From Candidatus Thorarchaeota archaeon (GTDB lineage: Archaea; Asgardarchaeota; Thorarchaeia; Thorarchaeales; Thorarchaeaceae): a DNA stretch of 38,231 bases. The notes beneath the pieces are model-generated. The model saw only the letters and a list, made by a program, of their open reading frames with translations, did no database searches and was not told where the DNA came from. Position 1 is the stretch's first letter. Every line of letters begins with the position of its first letter. Position numbers and translations under genes: made by a program. Below, piece after piece: positions 8,139 to 17,131 of the stretch. Location of the stretch: contig JBHIAE010000027.1 of NCBI GenBank assembly GCA_046758445.1, forward strand, positions 1-38,231. The letters are read 5' to 3'.

Positions 8139-10439
8139 ATGAGCAGACGAAGAGTGCTTAGGAAATCTCTATTGCTGGCTTGCTTAATGTTCTTGCTTGC
8201 CCGGATGGTCGGATTCTCAGTGAGTGTAGACAATTCCACCTCTGTTAAAATGATTGCGCAATCTCAGAATAGGAGTGGTAGTCAATACTCCCCTTCGAGC
8301 GCATGGGAATACACACCTTATCGCTATGCTGATCCTGTCTACGACACCAACACAGGCCGATTCATCAACATGACCAAGAACGTTGAGGAAAACAATGCAG
8401 TATCCGTAGACCAGATCTTCTTTCGATTGGGAACGTTGAAGATGCTCGACCCCAGCCTATCCACGCTCTCCCCTTCAGTCAAAGACTACTGGATATCTCA
8501 AGTGCTTTCATTCCAGAGAACCAGCGGAGGGTTTGGAGACTGGGTCGGTGACAGGAGTAGTGTATTGGCTACTCAGAAGGCTCTACAGATCTTGAGATGG
8601 CTCGGATATGCGGGTTTGGACACCGCTCTAGTTAGTGCATATCTTGACAGACTTCAAAATAGTATTACAGATGGGTATAACTCGCATCTTCTGGATACCG
8701 ATAGCGATGTCCATTCCACTTATCATGCTGTCAAATCATATCAACTGATCAATAGCTCTCCCTCTAATCCTTCAGCGGTATCTGATTACTTCAGGAGGGC
8801 TCAGAACCCAGATGGTGGTTTCGGTCTTCAGACGAACAGTGTCAAAGGCATTTATTGGACTTCCACGGCAACCGTGACACAGGATGCCATTCTTGGCCTG
8901 TCCGTTCTAGGTCAGAATGCATCAAATCCTTCGGCTGCATTGAGCTTTCTGCAGGGCCTCCAGCTTGTTTCGTCTGGAGGGTTTGTGAATGAAATCTCAC
9001 CAATTCTCACTACATCTGGTTCCTATTCTGCTTCTGCCTTGGAGGCAATCTACAGTCTGAACGGAACTCCAGCGAGTATCACTTCAGTTACAAACTATCT
9101 CTACTCCCTAGAAACGGTAGAGGGCGGTTTCAGACTTAAACCCTCTAGTGTAGATCGTTCGTTGATTGGTACTTACTATTGCGTCCTCGGTCTTTACATC
9201 TTGGGTCAGGCTCCAGCGAATGCGACCTCAACGTTGAACTATGTTCTGAGCCCTCCTCATTCCGATGGATATGGTGGAGCACCTGGAGAAACGCCTAGCC
9301 TAAGAGAAACTTTCGACGCAGTCTATTCTCAAGTCCTGATGGGGAATTATCCTCCTAATGTCCAAGGGATCATTGACTTCGTAGCATCTTATAGAAATCC
9401 TGATGGAGGCTATGGGCTGTCCGGATCGTATGTAGAGAGTACCCTCAGAGCAATTGAGATATACAACTTGATAGGTGCATCATTTTCCAACGTTTCTGAT
9501 ACCATTAGCTATCTCAAGAGCCTGCAGCAGCCTAATGGAGGCTTTGTGAAATACCGGGGAGAAACGATAAGCTATGTGGTTTCAACGTATCGAGCAGTCA
9601 GAGCGTTAAGTCTGCTCCAGAGTCAGCCAGAGAATCTTAATGGAGCCATTGCCTTCTTGCGGGAAGCTCAGAATGATGACGGGGGGTTCGGGGGCTATTC
9701 TGGAGACTCCAGTGACGTAACGAGTACGTATCGGGCTGTTAACGCACTTAGCATTCTGGGTGCATCGCCTTCCGATGTTACTTCCGTGATCAGCTTTCTG
9801 CGAAATAGCCAGAATCCTGATGGTGGATTTAGAAGGGGGCAATCTGACACATCTTTGCCCAAGAATGTTTCCAACATCATCTTCACCTATTCGGCCCTCA
9901 GAGCTCTTAGTATCCTGGACTCATATCCATTGGATGTAAGAGGTGCATACAACTATACTAACATGGTTCAGAATTTCGACGGTGGCTACGCAGAACATCC
10001 TGGCTTCACCTCCAACATTGCCTATACATTTGTGTCGCTTTACATACTGAGGCATTTCCACGAGTTCTCAGGGTTCAGAATAATCATTCCAAATGACTTC
10101 GATTCTGAAAGATTCCAGTATTATTTCGTTAGGATTGACATATTGGGAAGGATGGGTGGTCTTGAATACAGTATTACTAACACTAACAGTTCCAATGTTA
10201 TGATGCGAGGGACCCTCCAGTCAGAAGGCCCTGTCATACTTAATGTCGCCAACTTGGAAAACGGAACATACGTCCTTAGCGTCTATGCACGAGACCCGAC
10301 AGGGGCCGAAATCCTAACTGAAGTATCGCTCTTCATTGGATTGCGACCACCTCTCCTAGTCTATTTCGGATTGATTGCGGGGATTTCATTCCTAGCCCTA
10401 GCCTCCCATAGGTATCGTAAACGAGCCAGATCCAAGTAG
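8139..10439 (+). CDS. Secreted, C-terminally membrane-anchored prenyltransferase/squalene-cyclase (PFTB/QW) repeat protein
   Basis: About 11 Q-x-x-D-G-G-F/Y-G repeats, each followed by an S/T-Y/F-x-A helix; N-terminal MSRRRVLRK + hydrophobic signal; Ig-like C-terminal segment (NGTYVLSVYARD); TM helix + basic tail; many NxS/T sequons; GAGGTGA SD before ATG 8139. Confidence 0.85.
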   Translation: MSRRRVLRKSLLLACLMFLLARMVGFSVSVDNSTSVKMIAQSQNRSGSQYSPSSAWEYTPYRYADPVYDTNTGRFINMTKNVEENNAVSVDQIFFRLGTLKMLDPSLSTLSPSVKDYWISQVLSFQRTSGGFGDWVGDRSSVLATQKALQILRWLGYAGLDTALVSAYLDRLQNSITDGYNSHLLDTDSDVHSTYHAVKSYQLINSSPSNPSAVSDYFRRAQNPDGGFGLQTNSVKGIYWTSTATVTQDAILGLSVLGQNASNPSAALSFLQGLQLVSSGGFVNEISPILTTSGSYSASALEAIYSLNGTPASITSVTNYLYSLETVEGGFRLKPSSVDRSLIGTYYCVLGLYILGQAPANATSTLNYVLSPPHSDGYGGAPGETPSLRETFDAVYSQVLMGNYPPNVQGIIDFVASYRNPDGGYGLSGSYVESTLRAIEIYNLIGASFSNVSDTISYLKSLQQPNGGFVKYRGETISYVVSTYRAVRALSLLQSQPENLNGAIAFLREAQNDDGGFGGYSGDSSDVTSTYRAVNALSILGASPSDVTSVISFLRNSQNPDGGFRRGQSDTSLPKNVSNIIFTYSALRALSILDSYPLDVRGAYNYTNMVQNFDGGYAEHPGFTSNIAYTFVSLYILRHFHEFSGFRIIIPNDFDSERFQYYFVRIDILGRMGGLEYSITNTNSSNVMMRGTLQSEGPVILNVANLENGTYVLSVYARDPTGAEILTEVSLFIGLRPPLLVYFGLIAGISFLALASHRYRKRARSK

Positions 10440-10456
10440 AACGTGGTTGAGTGGAC

Positions 10457-13400
10457 ATGTTAGGACACAAGAAGAAAGCAACGGCGATTGCCTGGCTTTT
10501 GCTGCTCTTCTTGCCTTCTGTAATGGCCGGTTCAATGCTTAGTGTGAGCCGTGCTTATTCCTATCGTGTCACTGAACAGGATCACAATCATGATCCTGTT
10601 GAAGAGATCGGCTATCTACCTCGACATGCACGCCCTGTCAGTCGGGTCGGTCTGTCACAGTCAAAGCTCTTAGAGAATGAAACATTTTCACAGAGTGTGT
10701 TTTCATTCGTAAGAAGATCTCAAGAGACTGGACAGGACATACCCTCAATGGATATGGCTTACTACAAAGGTATGGCTCTCTTCTACCTTGACGCGTTTTC
10801 CCTTCCTGTTCCAAATGCGCTTAGACAAGACGCACTTGAGTTTGCTGCAACTTCTCGAAACAGTGATGGAGGCTATGGAAACTGGAAAGATGCAAGAAGC
10901 TCAATGGAGTCAACCTTTCAGTGCCTACAGCTTCTATTGGCTCACAACAATCTGACATCATTAGATTTGGCTGAAGTCAATAGAACTCTGGAATTCGTCC
11001 ATCAACTCAAGACACCGGAACAAGGATACTTACCCCTTTTGGATTGGGATGCTCCAGATGTTTCATCATCCTTCAGAGCGATAAGTGTCTACAACCTGCT
11101 TCAAAAGGGATTCCCTCAGCTGAATATGTCAATTGATAACTCTTCAACTGTATTCTTGGCCAATGCTTTTGCTCCGCCCATTTTTGCCAATGGAGCTTCA
11201 GGTTATGCAGAAAACGTTGGAGGGCCAGCTGAGTTGCTTGCCTCTCTAAATGCTATTCAAGTCTACCTTCTTTTGAACATAACGAATCCTCCAAACTTGG
11301 ATGCTATCGGCAAGTTTCTCAATAGCCTCGTGGCATTGAATGGGGGAGTGGCGGGCCGTCTAGGTGGATTTCCTACTACTGGGTATACGGCTTCTGCTTT
11401 GCATTTGTATCTTCTACTCAAGACTAAAACGGCTTTTGACATTGATAGCTATTTACCACCTAATTTCCTGGAAAACGCAAAGAACTACATTCTGGCAAAC
11501 AGGATTGCAGGATCAGGTTTTGCTGCATCAGAACGGGACACGACCCCAGAAGTAAGTTCCACTTTCTTTTCACTTCGTGTGTTGTACATGCTGGATTACT
11601 ATGGCTTCCTGTCTTCAATACCCGACCTGACCGGAGTATACAGTTTTATTGTGGAGGGCGTTCAGCCAACTTATGGTTTTGGAGACTACCCCGGAGACGT
11701 CCCTGACGTATCTTACTCTGCATACGCCATCCTGCTAGGGAGGATTCTTGGAAATACTAGCTGGATCAATCCAGCTGTTAAAGGATTCGTGGAGGACTCC
11801 TATCGTAGGTTGAGAGGAGGCTTTGGGTTCAGACCCTTCTCCACAGCCAGGGTGAAGTATACCTATTTCGGGATTAGAGCTCTTCGGGGTTTCGAGAGTC
11901 CTTTGGTTTCAGCACTCGACATAAGGCAATTCATTCTGAATTCTCAGAACGGTGACGGAGGGTTTGGAGAACAACCCGCCTCTAGGTTGAGTTATCTCAC
12001 TCATTCTTATTGGTCGATTGCCAGCTTAAGACTTCTGGGTGGAATTGACGAGAAGTATCTTGATTTCGATTCCGTTGTAAACTGGTTATCTTATCTGCGG
12101 AAACCAAATGGAACTTACTCTAATTTCCCCGGTCATAACTCCACACTGGCTTCAACCTACAGAGCCGTACAGGTTTGTATGATGCTGGGGCAATCTTATA
12201 CTAGAGATGACCCTCTCTACACGACTCTGATGAACTATCAACTACTTTCAGGTGGCTTCCTAAACTCACTTGACGAAGCAGCTCCCACAATGGAGGCCAC
12301 ATTCTATGGAGTTTCCATAGCTCTAATGCTCGGTCGATTGATTAACCGAACTCAGATCCGACAATTCGTCCTTTCTCTTCACAATAAAGATGGAGGTTTT
12401 GGGCTAAGACCCGGATACTCTAGTCGTGTGAAGTCCTCTTTCTACGCGATCCTCACACTTGAGCTACTAGAGTCGAGCAATGCAAATAGGTCATTGACAG
12501 ATTTCAGCGAGGACCCCTTTGATATCTATGCGCCCATTGTCAGTCCAGCTTTTATCCCTCGCATTGACACCAATAGGACCTTCCAGGGTTCCTACGTCCT
12601 AACTTCTACGATTATAGAACCGGAAAGTATCCTGGAAAGAACTTGGGTACAGGCTGAATGGACCAACGGGATTACGGGCGAAACGACACGTTTCAGATTC
12701 AATGGTTCCCCGAGCCAGTCCTATGCTAACGAATGGTCCTTCAGATTGGAAGCATTTAGAGAAGATGGGTTTCTGAGATTCAGAGTTCATGCGGTTGACG
12801 CAAACAACAACTCTGCTGCCACGTACTGGATGTACTTGAGATCACTGTCGACTCTGCCAGGTGGAGACGTATATCAAATGGATGTTTTTGGGGTCTTCCT
12901 ACCTTTGCTTTTTCCCTTCATACTCGCACTTGGTATTGTTGATGGTGCCATACAATATTCGAGAGGAAGAAGACTGGAGAAGAGTGAAGTACTGATGACG
13001 ATAAGAGATGATAAGACGGGTGGAATATTCGGTGATGAAACACGGAGCATGATTGCCCTCTTTTTAGTAATGGGTGCAATTGGTGTTTTGGCACGAATGT
13101 TTCTTCAGGATGCCATCATAGTTCTGGAGAACTCTTTGTTCCTGTTCAGATTCTTGATCGGCATGGTAGTAATATTGTTTGTGAAGTATGTAGTCGGTGT
13201 CAAGACATTAGGTCTGTTTGGTCCTGCGGTGCTGGTTATCTCCATGCTTCTGGTCGGTCCTGCATGGGGCATGGCAATCTTCCTCAATATATTCGTTCTA
13301 GGTTATGTCGTAAGATTGCTCTTGCGTCCCTTTAACTTGGCCTTAGGCTTTCGCATAGGAATCCTGATGATCTTCACTGTATCATACATAGGGCTTCTTG

Positions 13401-14674
13401 AACTGATCGGTGAGGTCTTTCTGATTCCCTCTCTTAGCGGCTCAATACTTGTCCCTATCATCATTACTCCCTGGTTCATTGACAAGTATGTTGTTGAGAT
13501 TGAACAAGAAGACCATCTTCAAGCCTTCTATCGCTTGATGGTGACTCTAGCTGTGACCTCAGTTTCGTTCCTGTTTATGAGTATTGACTCATTGGTGCAT
13601 GCCTTGGTTGTTAACCCTGAACTTTGGGTCGTTTTGACAGCCTCGACACTCTACTTTGGCCGGAATACCAAATACACCATGATTGACAAGAAGCGGTTCA
13701 GTAGATTGCTCAAGGGCGGGAAGGCCCCTCTGTCATTACAGATCCGCAATCGCAACTTCATAGCTAGATACAACTCACAGATTCTCTATCCTGTCATCAA
13801 TAAGCTCAATATGAAGGAACAGTTCGAGAAATGGAGGGTTCCGACAGCCGAGCTGCTTGCCATTGTTGAAAGCGAGAATCAACTTCCTACCATAATGAGG
13901 AGACTTGCCATAGAAGAGCAGTTCAAACATGGTTTTGTGGTCAAGCCGTCACAGAGTTTCGGCGGTAAGGGAATTCTCATTGTTAGAGCGAGAGATGGCA
14001 ATGGCAACTTCGTCGTGAGCAATGATGTCTGCAGTCCAACAGCAATTGAAAAGGAGATTCGAAGAATCCTTCAAGGTGAATATCTTACTAGTCAGACCCT
14101 CACTGACAGAGACATCGTGTTGATCGAGGAGAGAATCTCCACTCATCCTGATCTCGCGAAGATATCTACAGGTCTGCCTGATGTTCGAGTGATCATCTTC
14201 AGGGGAATTCCTGTCATGGCCATGATGAGATTGTCCACAATGGAAAGTCAAGGAAGGGCCAATTTGAAACAGGGGGCCATAGGTGCAGCAGTGAAACTCT
14301 CTAGTGGATTGGTGTATCGGGCAGAGATCAAGGGAACGCAGGTTGAAAGACATCCAGACACGAGAGAGAAGATAGTAGGCTTCGCTCTGGACAATTGGCT
14401 GGAGATTCTCTCAACTGCTTGCTTGGCTCAGAAGAGCAGTGGGCTGGGCTATGCTGGGGTTGATGTTGTAATCTGTGAGGACGGTCGTACACTTGTCCTC
14501 GAGGTAAACAAGAGACCGGGGCTAGAGATACAGAATGTTTGCCAAGATAGCCTACTTAGTAGGCTTGACATGATAGAGAAAGGGGATATTGACGCATCGG
14601 AATTCTCCGCAATAAGGGCAGCTCGATTCGCTATTGAGCTGGCTCTCGAACACTGGGAAAAGGAGGAATACTGA
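10457..14674 (+). CDS. Multidomain fusion: signal peptide + ~11 prenyltransferase-like repeats + Ig/Fn3-like + TM + 7TM_transglut-like domain + alpha-L-glutamate ligase-related (RimK-like) ATP-grasp
   Basis: Repeats (SRNSDGGYG, SQNGDGGFG, LHNKDGGFG); 7TM motifs VGVKTLGLFGP, NPELW...YFGRNTKY; ATP-grasp motifs RNRNFIARYN..LYPV, FVVKPSQSFGGKGI, GLPDVRVIIFRGIPVMAMMRL.T.ESQGRANLKQGAIG, GYAGVD, LEVNKRPGLEIQ. Confidence 0.88.
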   Translation: MLGHKKKATAIAWLLLLFLPSVMAGSMLSVSRAYSYRVTEQDHNHDPVEEIGYLPRHARPVSRVGLSQSKLLENETFSQSVFSFVRRSQETGQDIPSMDMAYYKGMALFYLDAFSLPVPNALRQDALEFAATSRNSDGGYGNWKDARSSMESTFQCLQLLLAHNNLTSLDLAEVNRTLEFVHQLKTPEQGYLPLLDWDAPDVSSSFRAISVYNLLQKGFPQLNMSIDNSSTVFLANAFAPPIFANGASGYAENVGGPAELLASLNAIQVYLLLNITNPPNLDAIGKFLNSLVALNGGVAGRLGGFPTTGYTASALHLYLLLKTKTAFDIDSYLPPNFLENAKNYILANRIAGSGFAASERDTTPEVSSTFFSLRVLYMLDYYGFLSSIPDLTGVYSFIVEGVQPTYGFGDYPGDVPDVSYSAYAILLGRILGNTSWINPAVKGFVEDSYRRLRGGFGFRPFSTARVKYTYFGIRALRGFESPLVSALDIRQFILNSQNGDGGFGEQPASRLSYLTHSYWSIASLRLLGGIDEKYLDFDSVVNWLSYLRKPNGTYSNFPGHNSTLASTYRAVQVCMMLGQSYTRDDPLYTTLMNYQLLSGGFLNSLDEAAPTMEATFYGVSIALMLGRLINRTQIRQFVLSLHNKDGGFGLRPGYSSRVKSSFYAILTLELLESSNANRSLTDFSEDPFDIYAPIVSPAFIPRIDTNRTFQGSYVLTSTIIEPESILERTWVQAEWTNGITGETTRFRFNGSPSQSYANEWSFRLEAFREDGFLRFRVHAVDANNNSAATYWMYLRSLSTLPGGDVYQMDVFGVFLPLLFPFILALGIVDGAIQYSRGRRLEKSEVLMTIRDDKTGGIFGDETRSMIALFLVMGAIGVLARMFLQDAIIVLENSLFLFRFLIGMVVILFVKYVVGVKTLGLFGPAVLVISMLLVGPAWGMAIFLNIFVLGYVVRLLLRPFNLALGFRIGILMIFTVSYIGLLELIGEVFLIPSLSGSILVPIIITPWFIDKYVVEIEQEDHLQAFYRLMVTLAVTSVSFLFMSIDSLVHALVVNPELWVVLTASTLYFGRNTKYTMIDKKRFSRLLKGGKAPLSLQIRNRNFIARYNSQILYPVINKLNMKEQFEKWRVPTAELLAIVESENQLPTIMRRLAIEEQFKHGFVVKPSQSFGGKGILIVRARDGNGNFVVSNDVCSPTAIEKEIRRILQGEYLTSQTLTDRDIVLIEERISTHPDLAKISTGLPDVRVIIFRGIPVMAMMRLSTMESQGRANLKQGAIGAAVKLSSGLVYRAEIKGTQVERHPDTREKIVGFALDNWLEILSTACLAQKSSGLGYAGVDVVICEDGRTLVLEVNKRPGLEIQNVCQDSLLSRLDMIEKGDIDASEFSAIRAARFAIELALEHWEKEEY

Positions 14675-14675
14675 G

Positions 14676-15833
14676 ATGAGCAGCAGGACCACAGTATCAA
14701 GAAAGGCATCCAGGATGACTCTCCGTTTTGCTGCTTCAGTATTAGTCTTGGCATTGATGGTCTTCGCGGTAGGAGCTGTCTACAGCCTTGAAACGCAGCA
14801 GACAGAAAGAGGGAAAGCCGATTTTCGCGTGAGTTATCATTTCTATCTCAAGAACGAAGGCCCCATAGATTTGACTTCCGTGACAGTGAGATTGGCTCTG
14901 CTGAAAGACTGGATACCAGTTCAGACTGTTGAAGACCTTGCCATCGACACGTTCCCGAATCAAACAACTACCGACATCTATGAGAATGAGTTCGTGTGGT
15001 ATGACTATAGAGATTTCAAGGTGAATCAATCGATTGATCTCTGGTTTCACGCAAATCTGACATTACCTTTTGTGGACTATGCATCAGCAGACCTTCCTAT
15101 CACCCCGTATAATACTGAACTAGACATCTACAAGCTGTATACAGCCTTTGAACCTCTTGCAGATAGTACAGACCCTAGTATAAGGAATGTGGCTCAATCT
15201 CTTGAAGTTCTCAATGACCCCCTGGGAACAGCATTCAATCTGTATAATTTCACGGCAAGTTTCCTTGACTATAGATTGATGAGCTCGACCAAAGGTGCAT
15301 CCTATGCATTGAGAAATGGAGTCGGTGATTGTGACGAGTATACTTATCTCTTTGTGGCGCTTTCGAGGTCTCTTGGCATCCCTGCAGTCGAACATACAGC
15401 TTGGTTAGCGGATTTTGCACCCGGTTTTGTGACATCAGATGAAGGTGCAGTTGCTCATGCTTATCCTATGTTCTATATTGAAGGTGTAGGACTGGTTCCC
15501 GCGGATCCAACAAGAGGGAAATCTAGTATCTTTGACAACTGGCTAAGGACCGACTACAAGAGAATAACTTTGACACGCGGTCCAGACAATCCCTACAGAC
15601 TGCTCAGATATCGATGGCTGCCCATTGAAGGACTTCCTGATCCATCTGTGTTCAGCAACTACACTATCATAATCCATGACGTGAATATCCAGTATACATC
15701 AATTCTGAGAAATATCATTCTCGTATCTCTAGTTGGAATTCCAGTTGTGTTCGGGATGGCCAACGTTCTCAATGGATATCAGTTAAGACAGCTCCAAAAG
15801 AAGAAGTTAGAAGAACTACTTTCTCCGGGATAG
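14676..15833 (+). CDS. Membrane-anchored transglutaminase-like domain protein
   Basis: GVGDCDEYTYLFVALSRSLGIPA (Cys), AHAYP (His), ADPT (Asp); N- and C-terminal hydrophobic helices; AGGAGG SD, start 1 nt after the upstream stop. Confidence 0.88.
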   Translation: MSSRTTVSRKASRMTLRFAASVLVLALMVFAVGAVYSLETQQTERGKADFRVSYHFYLKNEGPIDLTSVTVRLALLKDWIPVQTVEDLAIDTFPNQTTTDIYENEFVWYDYRDFKVNQSIDLWFHANLTLPFVDYASADLPITPYNTELDIYKLYTAFEPLADSTDPSIRNVAQSLEVLNDPLGTAFNLYNFTASFLDYRLMSSTKGASYALRNGVGDCDEYTYLFVALSRSLGIPAVEHTAWLADFAPGFVTSDEGAVAHAYPMFYIEGVGLVPADPTRGKSSIFDNWLRTDYKRITLTRGPDNPYRLLRYRWLPIEGLPDPSVFSNYTIIIHDVNIQYTSILRNIILVSLVGIPVVFGMANVLNGYQLRQLQKKKLEELLSPG

Positions 15834-16013
15834 AATATCGGTCCGAGAAAAGAATGATGACTGAGAGAGGACGATACACCGGGATAATCTTCGTTTCCAT
15901 CGATTAACACCCTTTGGAAGAGCTGTTATTCAGCGCAACTGCCCACCCCAGACTTGTGGTTGGGCAAGCCAATTACCAAATGGGCCTACAGCAAGAGCCG
16001 TCTGGAGTTCGGT

Positions 16014-17057
16014 TCATTCAAGGTCTGTAAAAAGCACCTTGATTGCCTGCTGAGTTTCCATCAGCTTAAAACCATACTCCCATTTATCAAGCGATATCCT
16101 GTGTGTTATGAGAGAATAGACGTCAATCATCCGAGAACCCATAAGGCGTAGTGTCGTGATCCATGAAGATGGCAATGTTCCCCAGGTGCCTGTCATTGTG
16201 AGTTCTTTTTCTATCATGGAATCTAGGTCCATCTCCATCGATCGCCCTCTGACTCCAACGAGTGAAACGTGACCAGCCACTTTCACAAAGTCAAGGGCTT
16301 GGTTGCATGCCGCGCAAGCTCCAGACGCTTCAATAACAACGTCGGCCCCCAGACCGTCAGTGTGTTTCCGGATGATCTCCGCCGCGTTTCCAACGGACTC
16401 GATGTCCATTGTTAGGTCTGCCCCCACCTTTTTGGCAACCTCTAGACGCTTCTGGTCGGAACTCACGCCAGTCACTATCACTTCTCCTGCACCCATGGCT
16501 TTTGCGACTTGGACAGCCAACAGACCCATCGTCCCGGGCCCCTGAACTACAACGGTATCACCAGGGCAGACTGGTGTTCTCTCCGCCACGGCGTGCACAA
16601 CGCATGCAGCCGGCTCAGCAAGGGCCACTTCTTCGAGAGATACTCCCTTGGGTACCTTGTGAACGATGTACTCGGGCACAGTCAGGTACTTGGCAAATGC
16701 GCCATTGGCGAGTGAAACTCCAAGAATCCGTTTGTCTGAAGCAGTGCATCGGTTCATGTGCCCTGTCTTGCATTGATAGCACCTACCGCAGTAGGCAGTT
16801 GCTGGCGAAACAACCTTGTCTTCAACCTGAACATCCTGAACATCAGAGCCAATCTCCTTCACTGTCCCTGAGTATTCGTGGCCGAGGATGACTGGAGGAG
16901 TATAGAAGGAACTGTCATGCTTGATGTGAACATCACTTCCACAGATGCCGGCGGCAGCGACCTCCACCAAGACTTCATCTCTGGCGGGGCGGGGTGAATC
17001 AACCTCTCTGATCTCAAGATTGCCGGCACCTCGAGCGGTCTTCATAAGTCCTCTCAT
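16014..17057 (-). CDS. Zinc-dependent alcohol/threonine/sorbitol dehydrogenase (MDR family)
   Basis: GICGSD, GHE, CGRCYQC..C structural Zn site, EP, GPGTMG Rossmann motif. Confidence 0.93.
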   Translation of the reverse strand: MRGLMKTARGAGNLEIREVDSPRPARDEVLVEVAAAGICGSDVHIKHDSSFYTPPVILGHEYSGTVKEIGSDVQDVQVEDKVVSPATAYCGRCYQCKTGHMNRCTASDKRILGVSLANGAFAKYLTVPEYIVHKVPKGVSLEEVALAEPAACVVHAVAERTPVCPGDTVVVQGPGTMGLLAVQVAKAMGAGEVIVTGVSSDQKRLEVAKKVGADLTMDIESVGNAAEIIRKHTDGLGADVVIEASGACAACNQALDFVKVAGHVSLVGVRGRSMEMDLDSMIEKELTMTGTWGTLPSSWITTLRLMGSRMIDVYSLITHRISLDKWEYGFKLMETQQAIKVLFTDLE

Positions 17058-17131
17058 CGTTGCAGACCTCTGGCGCGTCTACTCTGCAGGACTATAGAAT
17101 CTTGTGGCACGGCTGTTTGCGCTGAATTGCG

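Noticed and set aside
8139-10439. Squalene-hopene/oxidosqualene cyclase
   Set aside because: QW-like repeats are present, but there is no DxDD/DCTAE motif and the protein has a signal peptide and TM anchor.
8139-12480. PFTB proteins as the geranylgeranyl transferase for the Rab fusion in the same window
   Set aside because: They appear extracellular, the Zn-ligand Cys is missing, no alpha subunit is present, and the Rab domain has no C-terminal Cys.
15939-15966. Imperfect inverted repeat TGCCCA...TGGGCA between convergent genes
   Set aside because: Only 6 perfect bp; insufficient to call a terminator.
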